A stretch of 63,726 nt of DNA, the filler included, from Pirum gemmata (Eukaryota): the NCBI GenBank assembly GCA_002812295.1. It is 22 parts of 22 records of this genome, joined end to end, with 100 filler letters (N's around TTAATTAATTAA, not from the genome) between each part and the next. Parts side by side here need not be neighbours in the genome. Positions count along the whole stretch, not along the records: positions 50,341 to 52,897 come from PDIN01005409.1; positions 52,998 to 55,604 come from PDIN01005410.1; positions 55,705 to 58,327 come from PDIN01005411.1; positions 58,428 to 61,027 come from PDIN01005412.1; positions 61,128 to 63,726 come from PDIN01005413.1; 17 more parts are not named here. The stretch is one strand, 5' to 3'. This document shows positions 52,165-63,726 of the stretch, piece after piece. The first letter of the stretch is position 1. Every line of letters begins with the position of its first letter. The translations under genes and the position numbers were made by a program. The notes beneath the pieces are model-generated. The model was not told the origin of the DNA. It was given only the letters and a program-made list of their open reading frames with translations, and made no database searches.

Positions 52165-52202
<38 letters not shown>

Positions 52203-52573
52203 GTTGACTGTTTTTATTGGCCGATGTAAAATTATTGTAAATTCCTGCTGTAAATTTCTTGAGTATCACAGAACAGATACGATTAGGGTTAGGGTTAGGG
52301 TTAGGGTTAGGGTTAGGGTTTGAGTTAGAGTTAGGGTTAGGGTTAGGGTTAGGGTTAGGGTTAGGGTTAGGGTTAGGGTTAGGGTTGGGTATAAGGTTCA
52401 TAAATTTATATTCGAATAGTGTAGGAATATAATCCCTAGGCCTAGTTCAAAATAGTGTTCGAACAGGTTCCTAGTATTCGACCTATAGGTTCATTTATAT
52501 TCAAATATGTTATTCATTGTATAAGGTTCATAAATTTATATTCGAATAGTGTACGAATATAATAATATAATTA

Positions 52574-52708
52574 TGGGAGCGTTTAAATAATACGTCACGT
52601 CAAGGGGTAGGTAGGTAGGTGGTATTTGGCCGGAAATTAATGTTAAGGGGTAGGTAGGTAGGGGTATTTGATGTATAAATTGGCGTTACGTAGTATTAGA
52701 ACACTCCT
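52574..52708. mobile_element. MITE family B, short copy
   Basis: TGGGAGCGTTTAAATAATACGTCACG...TTACGTAGTATTAGAACACTCCT with TA on both sides. Confidence 0.8.
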
Positions 52709-53450
52709 TATGCAAAAATTCGAATTATCTGAAAATGCACCAATTAATTTTTTTTTTAATTAAAAAAAATGACAGCACTATCATAATATTATCAAATTCT
52801 ACCAAATTTTGAGAAATCATTTATTAAGTAAGAAAACTCTATAATGAAACAATCCTAACCCTAACCCTAACCCTAACCTAACCCTAACCCTAACCCTNNN
52901 NNNNNNNNNNNNNNNNNNNNNNNNNNNNNNNNNNNNNNNNNTTAATTAATTAANNNNNNNNNNNNNNNNNNNNNNNNNNNNNNNNNNNNNNNNNNNNATC
53001 TTATTAATATTAATATTAATTTTATTATTATTACTATTATTATTTCTATTATTAGTATTGCTATTGCGGGGATTGTTATAACTATTGCTATTACGATCAC
53101 TACACTGTTACTGTTGCTATTACTACTACTACTTTTAATGTTTACTTTTTCTATTTACGATTACTTTTTCTACCATTACTATCAGTTTTATTATTATTGT
53201 TTATACTTCAATACCAGTTCTATATTACCCCTTCCTTCTTTGTGGTTTCTTAAACTTTTCTTACCCCTTTTGTTGTTGTTTCTGTTTATTAAGTTATTGT
53301 TACGTTGAGCAATATTTATGTTATATCATTGTTTCCTTTTGTTACTGCTGTTGTTTTATCGTTCTCATATTAAAAAAAAAAAAAAAAGGTTTTTTTGGTT
53401 TTTTTTGTTTTTTTTTTTTTTTTTTATTTTTATGTAATATTTATAAAAAG

Positions 53451-55279
53451 ATTTCTCTGAAAAATCGTACGTCGAGTAACACTGTTATATCTGAAGTTAT
53501 GACTCCAAAACCTATTGCAGTTTCTACAAACTACACATTAGAACAAGTAAGCAATTTTTTCATTTTGTTGTTTCCTTTTTTATTTTTTTATTTTAAGCGT
53601 ATTTTTTTATTTTAAGTCTTATATTTTATTTTTATGTATTGTTTATTGTCTTTTATATTATTGTTATTGACTTTACGAATTGTAAGTCTTGTATTTCATT
53701 TATTTATATTGTATATTGCATTGTATTTTGTTATTGTTGACTTTATGAATTGTAATTCTGCATCCCTCCTCACAGTGTATAGCTACTATGATGACAGCAA
53801 GATGCAGACGATTACCAGTTATTGGAGAAGATGGTATAACATTTAAAATGAAAAATTTAATAAGTTTAATAAAAATTTAAAACAATAAGAATTTTTAAAA
53901 AACAATTATATTAATCATTCAATTTTTAACTAAGCCTTAGAAAATTTAAAAAGTTTAATCTTTTATTTATTTATCGAATTATAAGCGATGATATAAAGAA
54001 TAATAAAAATAATTTTTTTAAAAAAATAAGCAATATATTATTCGTTTAATTGCTAACCAAAATCTCTGAAATTTCTAACTTTTAACTTTAAATCTTATGT
54101 ATTTAATTATAAATAATGATATATCGATTATAGGAGTCATAGGGGTTGTAACTATTCGTTATATTCTGGAGCAACTTCACAAACAACTCTGTGATGCAAA
54201 AATAGACTTGTCTCGTAGCGTTTACGGTAAATCTGTTCTCACAGTCATTAGTGATAAAGTAAGATATTTTGCGTCTATCGTTCATTTATTCATTATTTGT
54301 TTGTATGTTATCTGTATTATGCTTAGATGTAATAGTTTGTTGTTGATGTATTATGTATTATGTATTATATATTGCATAATATGTATTATGTATTATTCTT
54401 ATCTATTGCTGTTTGATATACTCTATTTAATTTTCATTTTCGAATTTCTTGTTGTAAATGAATTTTTTTTATGTAGCATGACAATTCGAGCCCTTACACA
54501 AAGTAAACGGGTATTAAAATTGTATAAACTATTTATTCTCTTATAAAACTTTGGCAACAAAACAGTCATTCATCTATTAATAATGTAACCCAAACCAACC
54601 CTAACTACTGATTCCTGATTCCTAACCCCTCATTCCTAATTCCTAACCCCTGATTCCTGATTCCTAACCCCCTGATTCCTGATTCCTAACACCTGATTCC
54701 TGATCCCTAACACCTGATTCCTGATCCCTAACCCCTGATCCCTAACCCCTGATCCCTAACCCCCGATTCCTCACCCCCAACCCCCGATTCTCAACAGTAA
54801 CGGTAACCGTAACCGTAACCGTAAACTTAAAAGCTGTATCCATCGATAGTGTATACTGTTAGCAACAGAAATATAAGTATTTTACTATTTTGCCATTTTA
54901 TAAATATGAAAGGGAATAACAGCCAAGGAAGATAATGTACCGAAATTTGCTACTATTTCACCGTACGCAATGGTTTATGATGCACTGGAAGAAATGGAAA
55001 AAACTGGAACTGGTATATATATATATAAAGCGAATGATTGTATTGTTGTTAGTAGAGCTGTTGCAATTATCAATACTTCTGTTATTTAAGGACTCTTAAA
55101 CGTTCAGGATACTTCGTTATTTCTTTATAATCGTGTGCTTTTATTTATTTATTTGTTGTTTGTTTTGTTTTGTTTTGTTTTGGTTTGTTTATCGTTGTTT
55201 TTTAGGTGCTTTAATTGTGTCAGAATTTAATGATGGGCAAATTGATGGTATTATAACTGAAAGGGATCATTTAACAAAG
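53451..55279 (+). CDS. CBS-domain protein, partial; exons 53451-53546, 53776-53833, 54134-54258, 54913-55012, 55206-55279
   Basis: Spliced: VISEVMTPKPIAVSTNYTLEQ|CIATMMTARCRRLPVIGEDG|VIGVVTIRYIL...TISPYAMVYDALEEMEKTGTG|ALIV...GIITERDHLTK, typical tandem CBS motifs. Confidence 0.88.
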
Positions 55280-58200
55280 GTGAGGCTATACCCCCCCTCC
55301 CCCCACTCACGTACAACACAGCACCAACACGTATACTGAATTTCAGTATAGTATTGTATAGTATTGTATAGCATTGTATAGTATTGTACAGTATTGTATA
55401 GTATTGTATAGTGTTGTATAGTATTATATAGTATTGTAGAATATTGTATAGTATTGTATAGTATTTTATAGTATTATATAGCATTTTATAATACTATATA
55501 TTATTTTATAGTATTGTATTGTTTGTATTGTATTGTATTGTACTGTACTGTATTGTCATTGTATTGTATTGTATTGTATTGTATTATATTATATTATATT
55601 ATATNNNNNNNNNNNNNNNNNNNNNNNNNNNNNNNNNNNNNNNNNNNNTTAATTAATTAANNNNNNNNNNNNNNNNNNNNNNNNNNNNNNNNNNNNNNNN
55701 NNNNTCATTTTTTTTTAAGAGAAGTCGGTGATTAGTATGATCCAGTACCCTTGTCAGATTCAAAGTTCGCAGTCCTACTCCTTCTTTTCTCCTCTCACCC
55801 CATCACATCCCAAACTAGTCTACAACTGACCAACAAAACTGGACTGCCCTTCGTCAGAACAAAAAAAATGATACTTGAAATATATCATATTGACGGGATA
55901 TATCATATATCACACAGATTATCACAGTGTATTACTTTTAAAGTTCCAAAATCAAATAATAATAAAAATAGTCTACTAGACTATGTCAGTATGATTTATA
56001 CTAGATGATTTATAGTAACTAGACCTAAACTGTATCCTCGATATTAAACTAATAAGTTGATTTACTATCGGTATATTGGATTTTGGATCCTTGAAAGTTG
56101 ACCTTTATTTACATTTTAAGATTAAAAAATACTGTAATAAGATTTTAAAAAAGGCAATTATTTTTATCCCTTGTGAAGTTGTGATTCTACTTTCTTGCTA
56201 GCTAGTAGTACTTTTCCCTATGATTTATAAATAAATTGATGATGATTACTACTATTATGATAATATCAGATAATATCAGTTATAATATCCCGTAAGAACA
56301 ACAGTTTTTATTACATTTTTATCCCTTTGAATTCTTCTTTATTGATAGTTTACTAGATAGTTTCCTTTTATTTTTTTCATACTGAAGAGCCTTATTTACG
56401 CTATACTTTGTTATGATAATGTTCTATGCTATAAGTATATAATAGAGGTATAAGGCTTAGTATCGTTCTTTTCCATTATTTAATATTATTATCTCTTATA
56501 TTGATTGATATACACTTTCAATACACCCTCAAACAAGTTCTTGATACTAACATACTGCTCCAAAAAAAGGAAAACCTAGCTGCTGTGGAGAGGGATTGTA
56601 TAAATGATATATTAATAAATAAAATAAAACTAAAAGGTCTTGCTCAGTAAACACCAAGATTCAATATCATAGACTACTACAGATCATACACCAGTGTAAT
56701 AACACCACATACTATCGTACTAGAAGTCTATATTAATTTTAAATATACTATTATCTATAGACAAGCATTTTAAGAAATTATATCAGAGTATATTATCAGA
56801 GCAACCTCAATAATTTTTGGAACATATCATAGAACAAAACGAATGGAAAAAAATAAACAAAAACAGGAGAATCAATACAAAAGTCACATGGATACTAACC
56901 CAAAGAAAACCAATAAGACAGTGGACGTCGAAGACAACGTTACACTGTCAATATAATACTGCTCCAAAGAATTTCTACAGAAGACAAACTAAATTTTTTT
57001 GAACACAGGCAAACTTGCAAAATCCTACATTAGAAATCCCCTGTAGAAATCCCAATAATACAGACGACTCCAACAACATCCATAACAACGGCTTTACATT
57101 GTTTACAACGACTATAGGTATTATTAGGAACAAAAGTTAATTTTTTTAAAAAAACAAATATTTTTACAAACACAATTGCTAGACTAATCATAGACTCTAT
57201 ATTTATATGGTAGTCTATTATTATGAAAAGTACAATACCAAATTATTAATTAAAACATGTCTGATAGTTTAACCATAATCCTGTTTATTTATTTCAGTTT
57301 TTGAAAGTTTTTTGAACTGGATTAAAATATTTTAGTCTAGCTAGTCCAGCTGCTAGCTAGCTAGCTAGAGTATTTTAAACTCTATCGATAGCTAGTCTAA
57401 GTAGCTATTCAAAATATGAGGGCCCTATAATGAGGCCGCGTGGAAATTTTTTTTTAAAAAATAATTTTAAAAATTATATCTTTTTCCCAAATTTTCACAA
57501 CTCTTCCAGTACTCTTCCCATCCATACCCAAAATTTGAGTGCGAATAGCCGTGTCTGTCAGCTAAAATTTCGATTCGTTCTCCTTTTTTACCCCTTCAGT
57601 CAGAATAGGGGGGTCTAGATTGAGTAGCGATTGAGCATCATCTTTTTTTTTGGTCTCAAAATCTTTACTAGCTAGCTAGACTCTAGCTAGCTAGCTAGCT
57701 AGAGGTCTCAAAATCAAAATAATAAGAGAAGAATGTTCTCGAACTTCCACAGCTAGCTACTAGCTAGTATCAGCTACCTCTGCTGTTAGCTACTAGCTAG
57801 CTAGAGAGCTAACACAGTCAACTTTTTTTTTATCGTATATATCATAGTCTAATTATAATATCATAATAAGATAATATGACTATTTGATATATAGGCTATA
57901 GCCAGCTACTACGATACTAGCTAGCTAGCTAACTAGTAGTGTATGGCTAATAATTAGTCTATGGTAGACTACAATGCTGCAGTAATGCTACGCAGCTAGC
58001 TAGCTAGCTAGTATCGATAGCTAGTCTAGCTTAGCTAGCTAGCTAGCTATGATAGTATCGGGGATAGTAGTCTAGCTAGCTACTAGCTAGCTAGTAGGAG
58101 GAAATTGTTAGTAGGTAGCTAGCTAGCTAGACCTGAGCTAGATCTTCCTCCATGGAGAAGAGTTCTAGGAGAAGAGGGTAAAAATTGTAAGATTTATAAG

Positions 58201-58653
58201 TAGTTATATAATAAAAGTATTACGTCATTATCCCTGTAAGCGCTTTGTAGCAAGAGCTAGCTAGCTAGAGGTTTTTTTTTTTTTTGCAGTTTTTTGTAGT
58301 TAGGGTTTTTTAGTAGGGTGAGATGACNNNNNNNNNNNNNNNNNNNNNNNNNNNNNNNNNNNNNNNNNNNNTTAATTAATTAANNNNNNNNNNNNNNNNN
58401 NNNNNNNNNNNNNNNNNNNNNNNNNNNAGTTTTTTCATTTATCTATTTATTCATTTAAAAAAGTATCAATCTACCAAAAAAATATTCAGGGCGGCAAAAT
58501 GAAAGGCTGAAATGAAAAAAAAGAACAGCACAATTCATGAGCCCGCTAGTAGTAGCTAGCTAGAGCTAAGTACTTATTGTCCGTACTTATTGTAGTCTTC
58601 CCTAGCTAGCTAGTTTAATATTGTACTTATCAATATTATCTAAAACTATCCGA

Positions 58654-58855
58654 TACTTTGACAAACTTTTCAGGAAATGAGAATGAATGACACGATCAGC
58701 TCACAATATTGATGTAATTTCCTTTCATTTGATATACTTTTCGTCTCAATTGCTTAATTTTAAAAGTGTTAATACGACCACACGTTGGATTTGAGATAAA
58801 AACGTCATTGTGCAATGACGATGTCATTGAAAAATGACGTGCTGACGAATAGAGA
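58654..58855. mobile_element. Dispersed repeat family E, reverse copy
   Basis: Reverse complement of 41902-42104. Confidence 0.8.
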
Positions 58856-59177
58856 AGTCTAGCTAGCCCCCCGCCCTAGCTAATAGAGTCCCAGTAGAGC
58901 TCCCAGTAGACTCCCAGTAGTCTGATATGATAAAAAAAAGACTAAATTCCATCCAAAAAAATTTTTGGCTTGCGGAAAAACGTGATTTCTATCTACAGTT
59001 TGTTTTTTTGACCCAGCCCACCTTTTTAATACCTTAAAAAACCCTTTCGATCTTCGAGCTTTATCTTCTCCAACTTTCTGAAATATCAAAATTATTATTA
59101 GAGTAGCTAGCTAGCTAGCTACTCTAGCTAGACCTGACGGCTGACAGTAGCCAGTATCTGATAGTAGTAGTAGCTAG

Positions 59178-59353
59178 AGGGAACATTCATAAAAAGGACG
59201 TCACTTATTCTTTGATAGAAGTCATTGCTTGAAAGTGTGACTTAAACACTTAATTAAACTGTTTTAGGCAGTAATTAATGAACTTTAAAATTATGACCAA
59301 AAGTGTTTTGACAAAGGGGCATAGGTAAGGTTGGGTGACGTCCTATTAGATGA
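59178..59353. mobile_element. Degenerate MITE related to family B
   Basis: AGGGAACATTCATAAAAAGGACGTCAC ... GTGACGTCCTATTAGATGA inverted ends. Confidence 0.5.
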
Positions 59354-61506
59354 TATTATCATATCTCCTGCATATATCTCCACTGCTGTCGCTGTTATGA
59401 TTCGAATTTTTTCAAAGATGATGATATAAAAAGAATCATTTAAGATTAATTAAGCTTAAGTCATGTGCTATATGATTGTCTTAATAATCACAATAGAAAT
59501 AGAAGCATTAAAAATAATTTTAAAGAAAGTCTAGTAGGTGCCCGGGCCACCACGCAAGGGTTCGAATTCATTTATCGAATTTCGAAATATTAATATAATA
59601 TTATTAATAATAATAAATTATAATTATATTAATATATTATATTATGGCATATATTATAATTAATTATATGTTTTTTAGTTATTGCTATAATTATATATTA
59701 TATATTGTTATTGTTATTGTTATTGTTATTGTTATTGTTATATTATTATTATTATTATTATTATTATTNNNNNNNNNNNNNNNNNNNNNNNNNNNNNNNN
59801 NNNNNNNNNNNNNNNNNNNNNNNNNNNNNNNNNNNNNNNNNNNNNNNNNNNNNNNNNNNNNNNNNNNNNNNNNNNNNNTGTTATTGTTATTGTTATTGTT
59901 ATTGTTATTGTTATTGTTATTGTTATTGTTATTGTTATAATTATTAATATTGTTATTGTTTCTGTTTTTGTTATTAATATTGTTATTAATTAATATCATA
60001 TTATTATTAAATTATTATAAGTACGTATACGTATATATACTATTTTAATTATACTTTTATATTATTAATATTAATTAATATTATCGACCATAAAAATTTT
60101 AACCATGCATATATATTAATATATGGAACCAGATTTGGGTATATATAATAATAAGTTTTTAATAAATCATTATTATTAATATTATTACATATATATATGT
60201 ATTATATTAATATTAATTATAAATATTATTATGATATAATAATAAACACAATAGCCCTAGCGCTATAGTTAACCATAACCCTAACCAACATCCCAACCCT
60301 AACCCTCAAATCCTCAAATCCTAACCCTAAATAACCTTAAAACTCATGGAATTTAAAACCCTAACCGTATAGCTAACCCTAACCCTGACGTTGACCACAA
60401 ACCTAACACTTCCGCTATAGCTAATCCTAATGTTTTAACCTAAATTTAAACTCGATAGAACAATATTAATATACATCGCTACCTTTACTTGTACCCTAAT
60501 CATAACTTTAATGCTAGTACTAGTACCAACCCCCCAACTCTGACATTTATATAATTACTCTAACATGTACAGCATTTATTTTACTCTAATCCTAACGCTT
60601 ATAATTACTCTAATAACTCCAACCTTACAATTAATTCTAAATCTAACCTATAGACCCAATTGAACTCTAATTACAACCCTAACCCCATGTACATCCCAAC
60701 CCTAACCCTAGCTAGCTCTCAACTGCAACTCTATCGAAACCCTAACGAAAACGATAACTCTAACTGATCCTGCCCCAACCTTAACCTGAACCCTAACCTG
60801 AACCCTAACCTGAACCCTAACCTGAACCCTAACTAACGCTTACCCTAATAAACTTATTTTAACGTTAACGCTAGCTTGGAACCTCATTATAAGTTCCTTT
60901 TACGCTAGCTAACTCTATTATTATTATACTATTAATGTGAAAATTTGTTCAATATATTTACCTCTTCAATATAATAACAAGTGAAATACCAGCCCCAGTT
61001 TATTATTATTATTATTATTAATTATTANNNNNNNNNNNNNNNNNNNNNNNNNNNNNNNNNNNNNNNNNNNNTTAATTAATTAANNNNNNNNNNNNNNNNN
61101 NNNNNNNNNNNNNNNNNNNNNNNNNNNAATAACAAAATTTAATAACAAATAACAAATAACAAATAACAAATAACAAATAACAAATAACAAATATTAATAA
61201 AAAATAACAAACAAAAAATTTAGACACGCATTGTGAATAATAACCATCATTTTATAATATTCACGAAGCGGTTCAGAATTTTGAAAATCTGAATTAAAAC
61301 TTGGGAGAGTTAAGTAGAGGTAGAGGTATATATTAACCCATGGGTGCTTTAGAAAAATAATTATATTATTGATTTTATTAATCCTACCAGATTCTTTTTA
61401 ATCACGTATAATTCAATAACGCAATTCAAATAAAAAATTTACAATAATTTATATAATAATATTTTTTTTTTATTGTTATCCTCTTTGAAAACGAAACTAG
61501 TTTAAA

Positions 61507-63132
61507 TTAATTTGGTACGCATTGTGAATAGTAATCACTGTATTTTTTGCATGTAGAGCCGGCTTGACAGCAAGTCGGAGTTCCATGTTTTCCCGAACAA
61601 TCACCATATAGTTTAGCACAAGAAGCATCTGGAGTTGTACCAGTGGCACATGAGTATACAGTTGTAGTGACCGTTACTGTTTTAACATCTGCGGATGCAT
61701 CTTTAGGGTCAGCAGAGCTAGGGGCGTCAGCAGAGCTAGGGGCGTCAGCAGAGCTAGGGGCGTCAGCTTCAACAAAGGTATCTTGTTTAGGTTCAGTTTG
61801 AATTTCAACAGGGTCAACAACAGAACTATGATCACTAGTCGTCAAGGTAGAATTGATAGGTCCAAATTTGACGTTGGAAAATTTTACCTTGCCATCAGTG
61901 TTTGTTTGTCTCGGATCTTCCGCAGGATCGTGAGGACAACTACCCCTTACAGAGCCCTTACCTGTACCTTGGACTGAATCTAACCATTTCATGTGAGTAG
62001 TTTCATCATCCCAAAGAGACATAACAAAGACCATACCTCTCTGTAGGGCTTCACCCATGACTTTTAAACCGCCTTTCGCTTTATGGTCATCCTGGTCGTG
62101 AAACGTAACTTTATCAGCAGAACAACTAGCTTCAGTCATACTATCACCATTGTTGTTAGGGATAATGACCCCGTTTTGGGAGTATATTCTTTTAACTTCT
62201 ACCAAAGTACCAGTATCGGTACCATCGTCAGTGATGAATTGGGTGGTTACCGTGATAGGTTTGGTGCTGTCGATGGTATAATCTGCTCCAGGACCATAAA
62301 ACTTAGTATTACCTGCTCGGTAAGCATTATAATCACAACCATCCATATCACATTCACCATCGTAACGGGTTTCATCGGTCCATCCACAAGGCTCTTGAGT
62401 GCATTTAGTCAATCCCGGCGTTTTACAAGGATGGGATGTAAAAGCAGTGGAAACTTTGTTAGCCTCCCATAAATCAAATTCAGCGCAAAATGCACCAGAA
62501 TCACCAAAATTGGCTTTACCATTAATAAATTTCGCATCGCCTTTAATACCTTGGGCATCGCAGTATCCAGTCCCAAAAGCAGCGCCAGCGTTGTTGTTAC
62601 CTTTGCCTTTGTCACCGTTCGGATCCATTTCTACAAAGTAAGCAGCACCGTTTAAAGCACAAGTAATATGACTGGAATCTACAGTAAAAGTAAACTCTTT
62701 ATTCAACAATTTGAATATTCTATACTCCTCTTCATTATCATCTAAAAGATAAACACGCGAGCCATAGTTATTTTTGGTTTTAAACTTAAGCTGTAAACCC
62801 TTGGCTTGATCGTCATCGGTAATTTCGGAAATACCATACTTTGCTATATGATCTCCTTTGGTCAATGCTCCCAGCTTGCATGTTTTTGAACAAGAATCAA
62901 CATCGCCGCCACAGTTTTCTTTAGCGAACGAGTCTGTTGGGTAACAATTTGCAGAATCAGTGTGGATATATCGCCAATTTTGGTCTAAAACTGTACTTCC
63001 AGACTTTTTAGTACAACCAGTGCTAGTACAGTCACTATAACTTAGCGATAAATATTCATCCTTTTTAACATCTGGTTGTTGGCCGTAAGCAAAAAGAGCT
63101 AAAGTGGAAATGGTTAAAGCGGAAAAAAACAT
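61507..63132 (-). CDS. Secreted glycoside hydrolase family 7 cellulase with linker and C-terminal CBM1
   Basis: Signal peptide from ATG at 63132 then Gln; VLDQNWR, YGSRVYL, AAFGTGYCDAQ, catalytic EFDLWEAN, MSLWDD...MKWLDS; (ADAPSS)x3 linker; CBM1 CAKLYGDCSG...CCQAGSTCKKYSDYYSQC; intronless. Confidence 0.97.
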   Translation of the reverse strand: MFFSALTISTLALFAYGQQPDVKKDEYLSLSYSDCTSTGCTKKSGSTVLDQNWRYIHTDSANCYPTDSFAKENCGGDVDSCSKTCKLGALTKGDHIAKYGISEITDDDQAKGLQLKFKTKNNYGSRVYLLDDNEEEYRIFKLLNKEFTFTVDSSHITCALNGAAYFVEMDPNGDKGKGNNNAGAAFGTGYCDAQGIKGDAKFINGKANFGDSGAFCAEFDLWEANKVSTAFTSHPCKTPGLTKCTQEPCGWTDETRYDGECDMDGCDYNAYRAGNTKFYGPGADYTIDSTKPITVTTQFITDDGTDTGTLVEVKRIYSQNGVIIPNNNGDSMTEASCSADKVTFHDQDDHKAKGGLKVMGEALQRGMVFVMSLWDDETTHMKWLDSVQGTGKGSVRGSCPHDPAEDPRQTNTDGKVKFSNVKFGPINSTLTTSDHSSVVDPVEIQTEPKQDTFVEADAPSSADAPSSADAPSSADPKDASADVKTVTVTTTVYSCATGTTPDASCAKLYGDCSGKHGTPTCCQAGSTCKKYSDYYSQCVPN

Positions 63133-63726
63133 TTTGATTATAATTATAATAATTGAAATATTGTACACTGTTTTGTAATTGCGTTTAAAATTTATAATAA
63201 TTGCTCGTTTGTTTGTTTGTTATCTTTTTATATATAATATAAAGTTATTTTGTTATTTTAATTAATTTCGTTATTTTGTTTTTTGTTTATTTTTTTATAA
63301 TAATTTGTTTTTGTTTTCTGGAGAGTTCCTTGTATTTATACATAATAATACAATATATTTTTTTATTATTTTTTCTTTTTCATTTTTTATTTTTCATATT
63401 TTTATGTATATCGAGAGAGGATCTACAGGGTCCTGAGGTTACTCTAGAGATGAAATAATATATACTATTTCCACATTCTAATTCGAATTCAACAGTTTGA
63501 AAATTTAGGGTTGTAGAACCTTCAACTAAAATTTCTCGATTACTAGAATTTATTATTTCAATTACTGGTTTATTACCGGTGCTTATTGTATTAGTAGATT
63601 GTGTTGGAAATTTAGTTTTCAGACTAATATATAATATACAAATAAAAAATTAATATCAATAAATTATTATTGTTATTATTATTATTACCCTAACCCTAAC
63701 CTTAACCCTAACCCTAACCCTAACCC

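Noticed and set aside
59535..59575. tRNA gene suggested by GGTTCGAATTC
   Set aside because: B-box-like motif only; no A box or cloverleaf
63133..63168. Upstream start for GH7 given by the ORF track
   Set aside because: Non-ATG start in an AT-rich leader; ATG at 63132 gives a clean signal peptide ending before Gln

Overview
This is not one continuous locus. It is 22 short (mostly ~2.6 kb) contigs of a very AT-rich eukaryotic draft genome, joined by an artificial 100-nt spacer (N-run + TTAATTAATTAA + N-run), so adjacency across spacers means nothing. GT-AG introns, TTAGGG repeats, an animal-like actin N-terminus, a WDFY1/2 orthologue and a Maf-like bZIP alongside fungal-like Spt23/Mga2 and GH7-CBM1 suggest a unicellular opisthokont, possibly an ichthyosporean (inference). 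Intronless genes: actin, GH7 cellulase with CBM1, a secreted M3A oligopeptidase, a MARK/KIN1-like kinase, a divergent Maf-like bZIP and a Cys-rich extracellular protein. Partial multi-exon genes assembled by hand: IleRS, glucose-6-phosphate 1-epimerase, a CBS-domain protein, WDFY1/2, Spt23/Mga2-like and two unknowns. Non-coding DNA is dominated by microsatellites, interstitial telomere-like arrays and about eight small repeat/MITE families. Best leads: a 20-Cys stretch with mirror-symmetric spacing (candidate disulfide-laddered hairpin); a repeated PHD-finger cassette ending in GAA-loop hairpins, one copy of which is fused at the hairpin to a histone H3 C-terminal fragment; 35-50 bp CA..TG micro-elements with 7-bp target duplications; and AG..CT MITEs with 8-bp duplications carrying a CRE palindrome. 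Nothing here shows a complete new multi-gene system.
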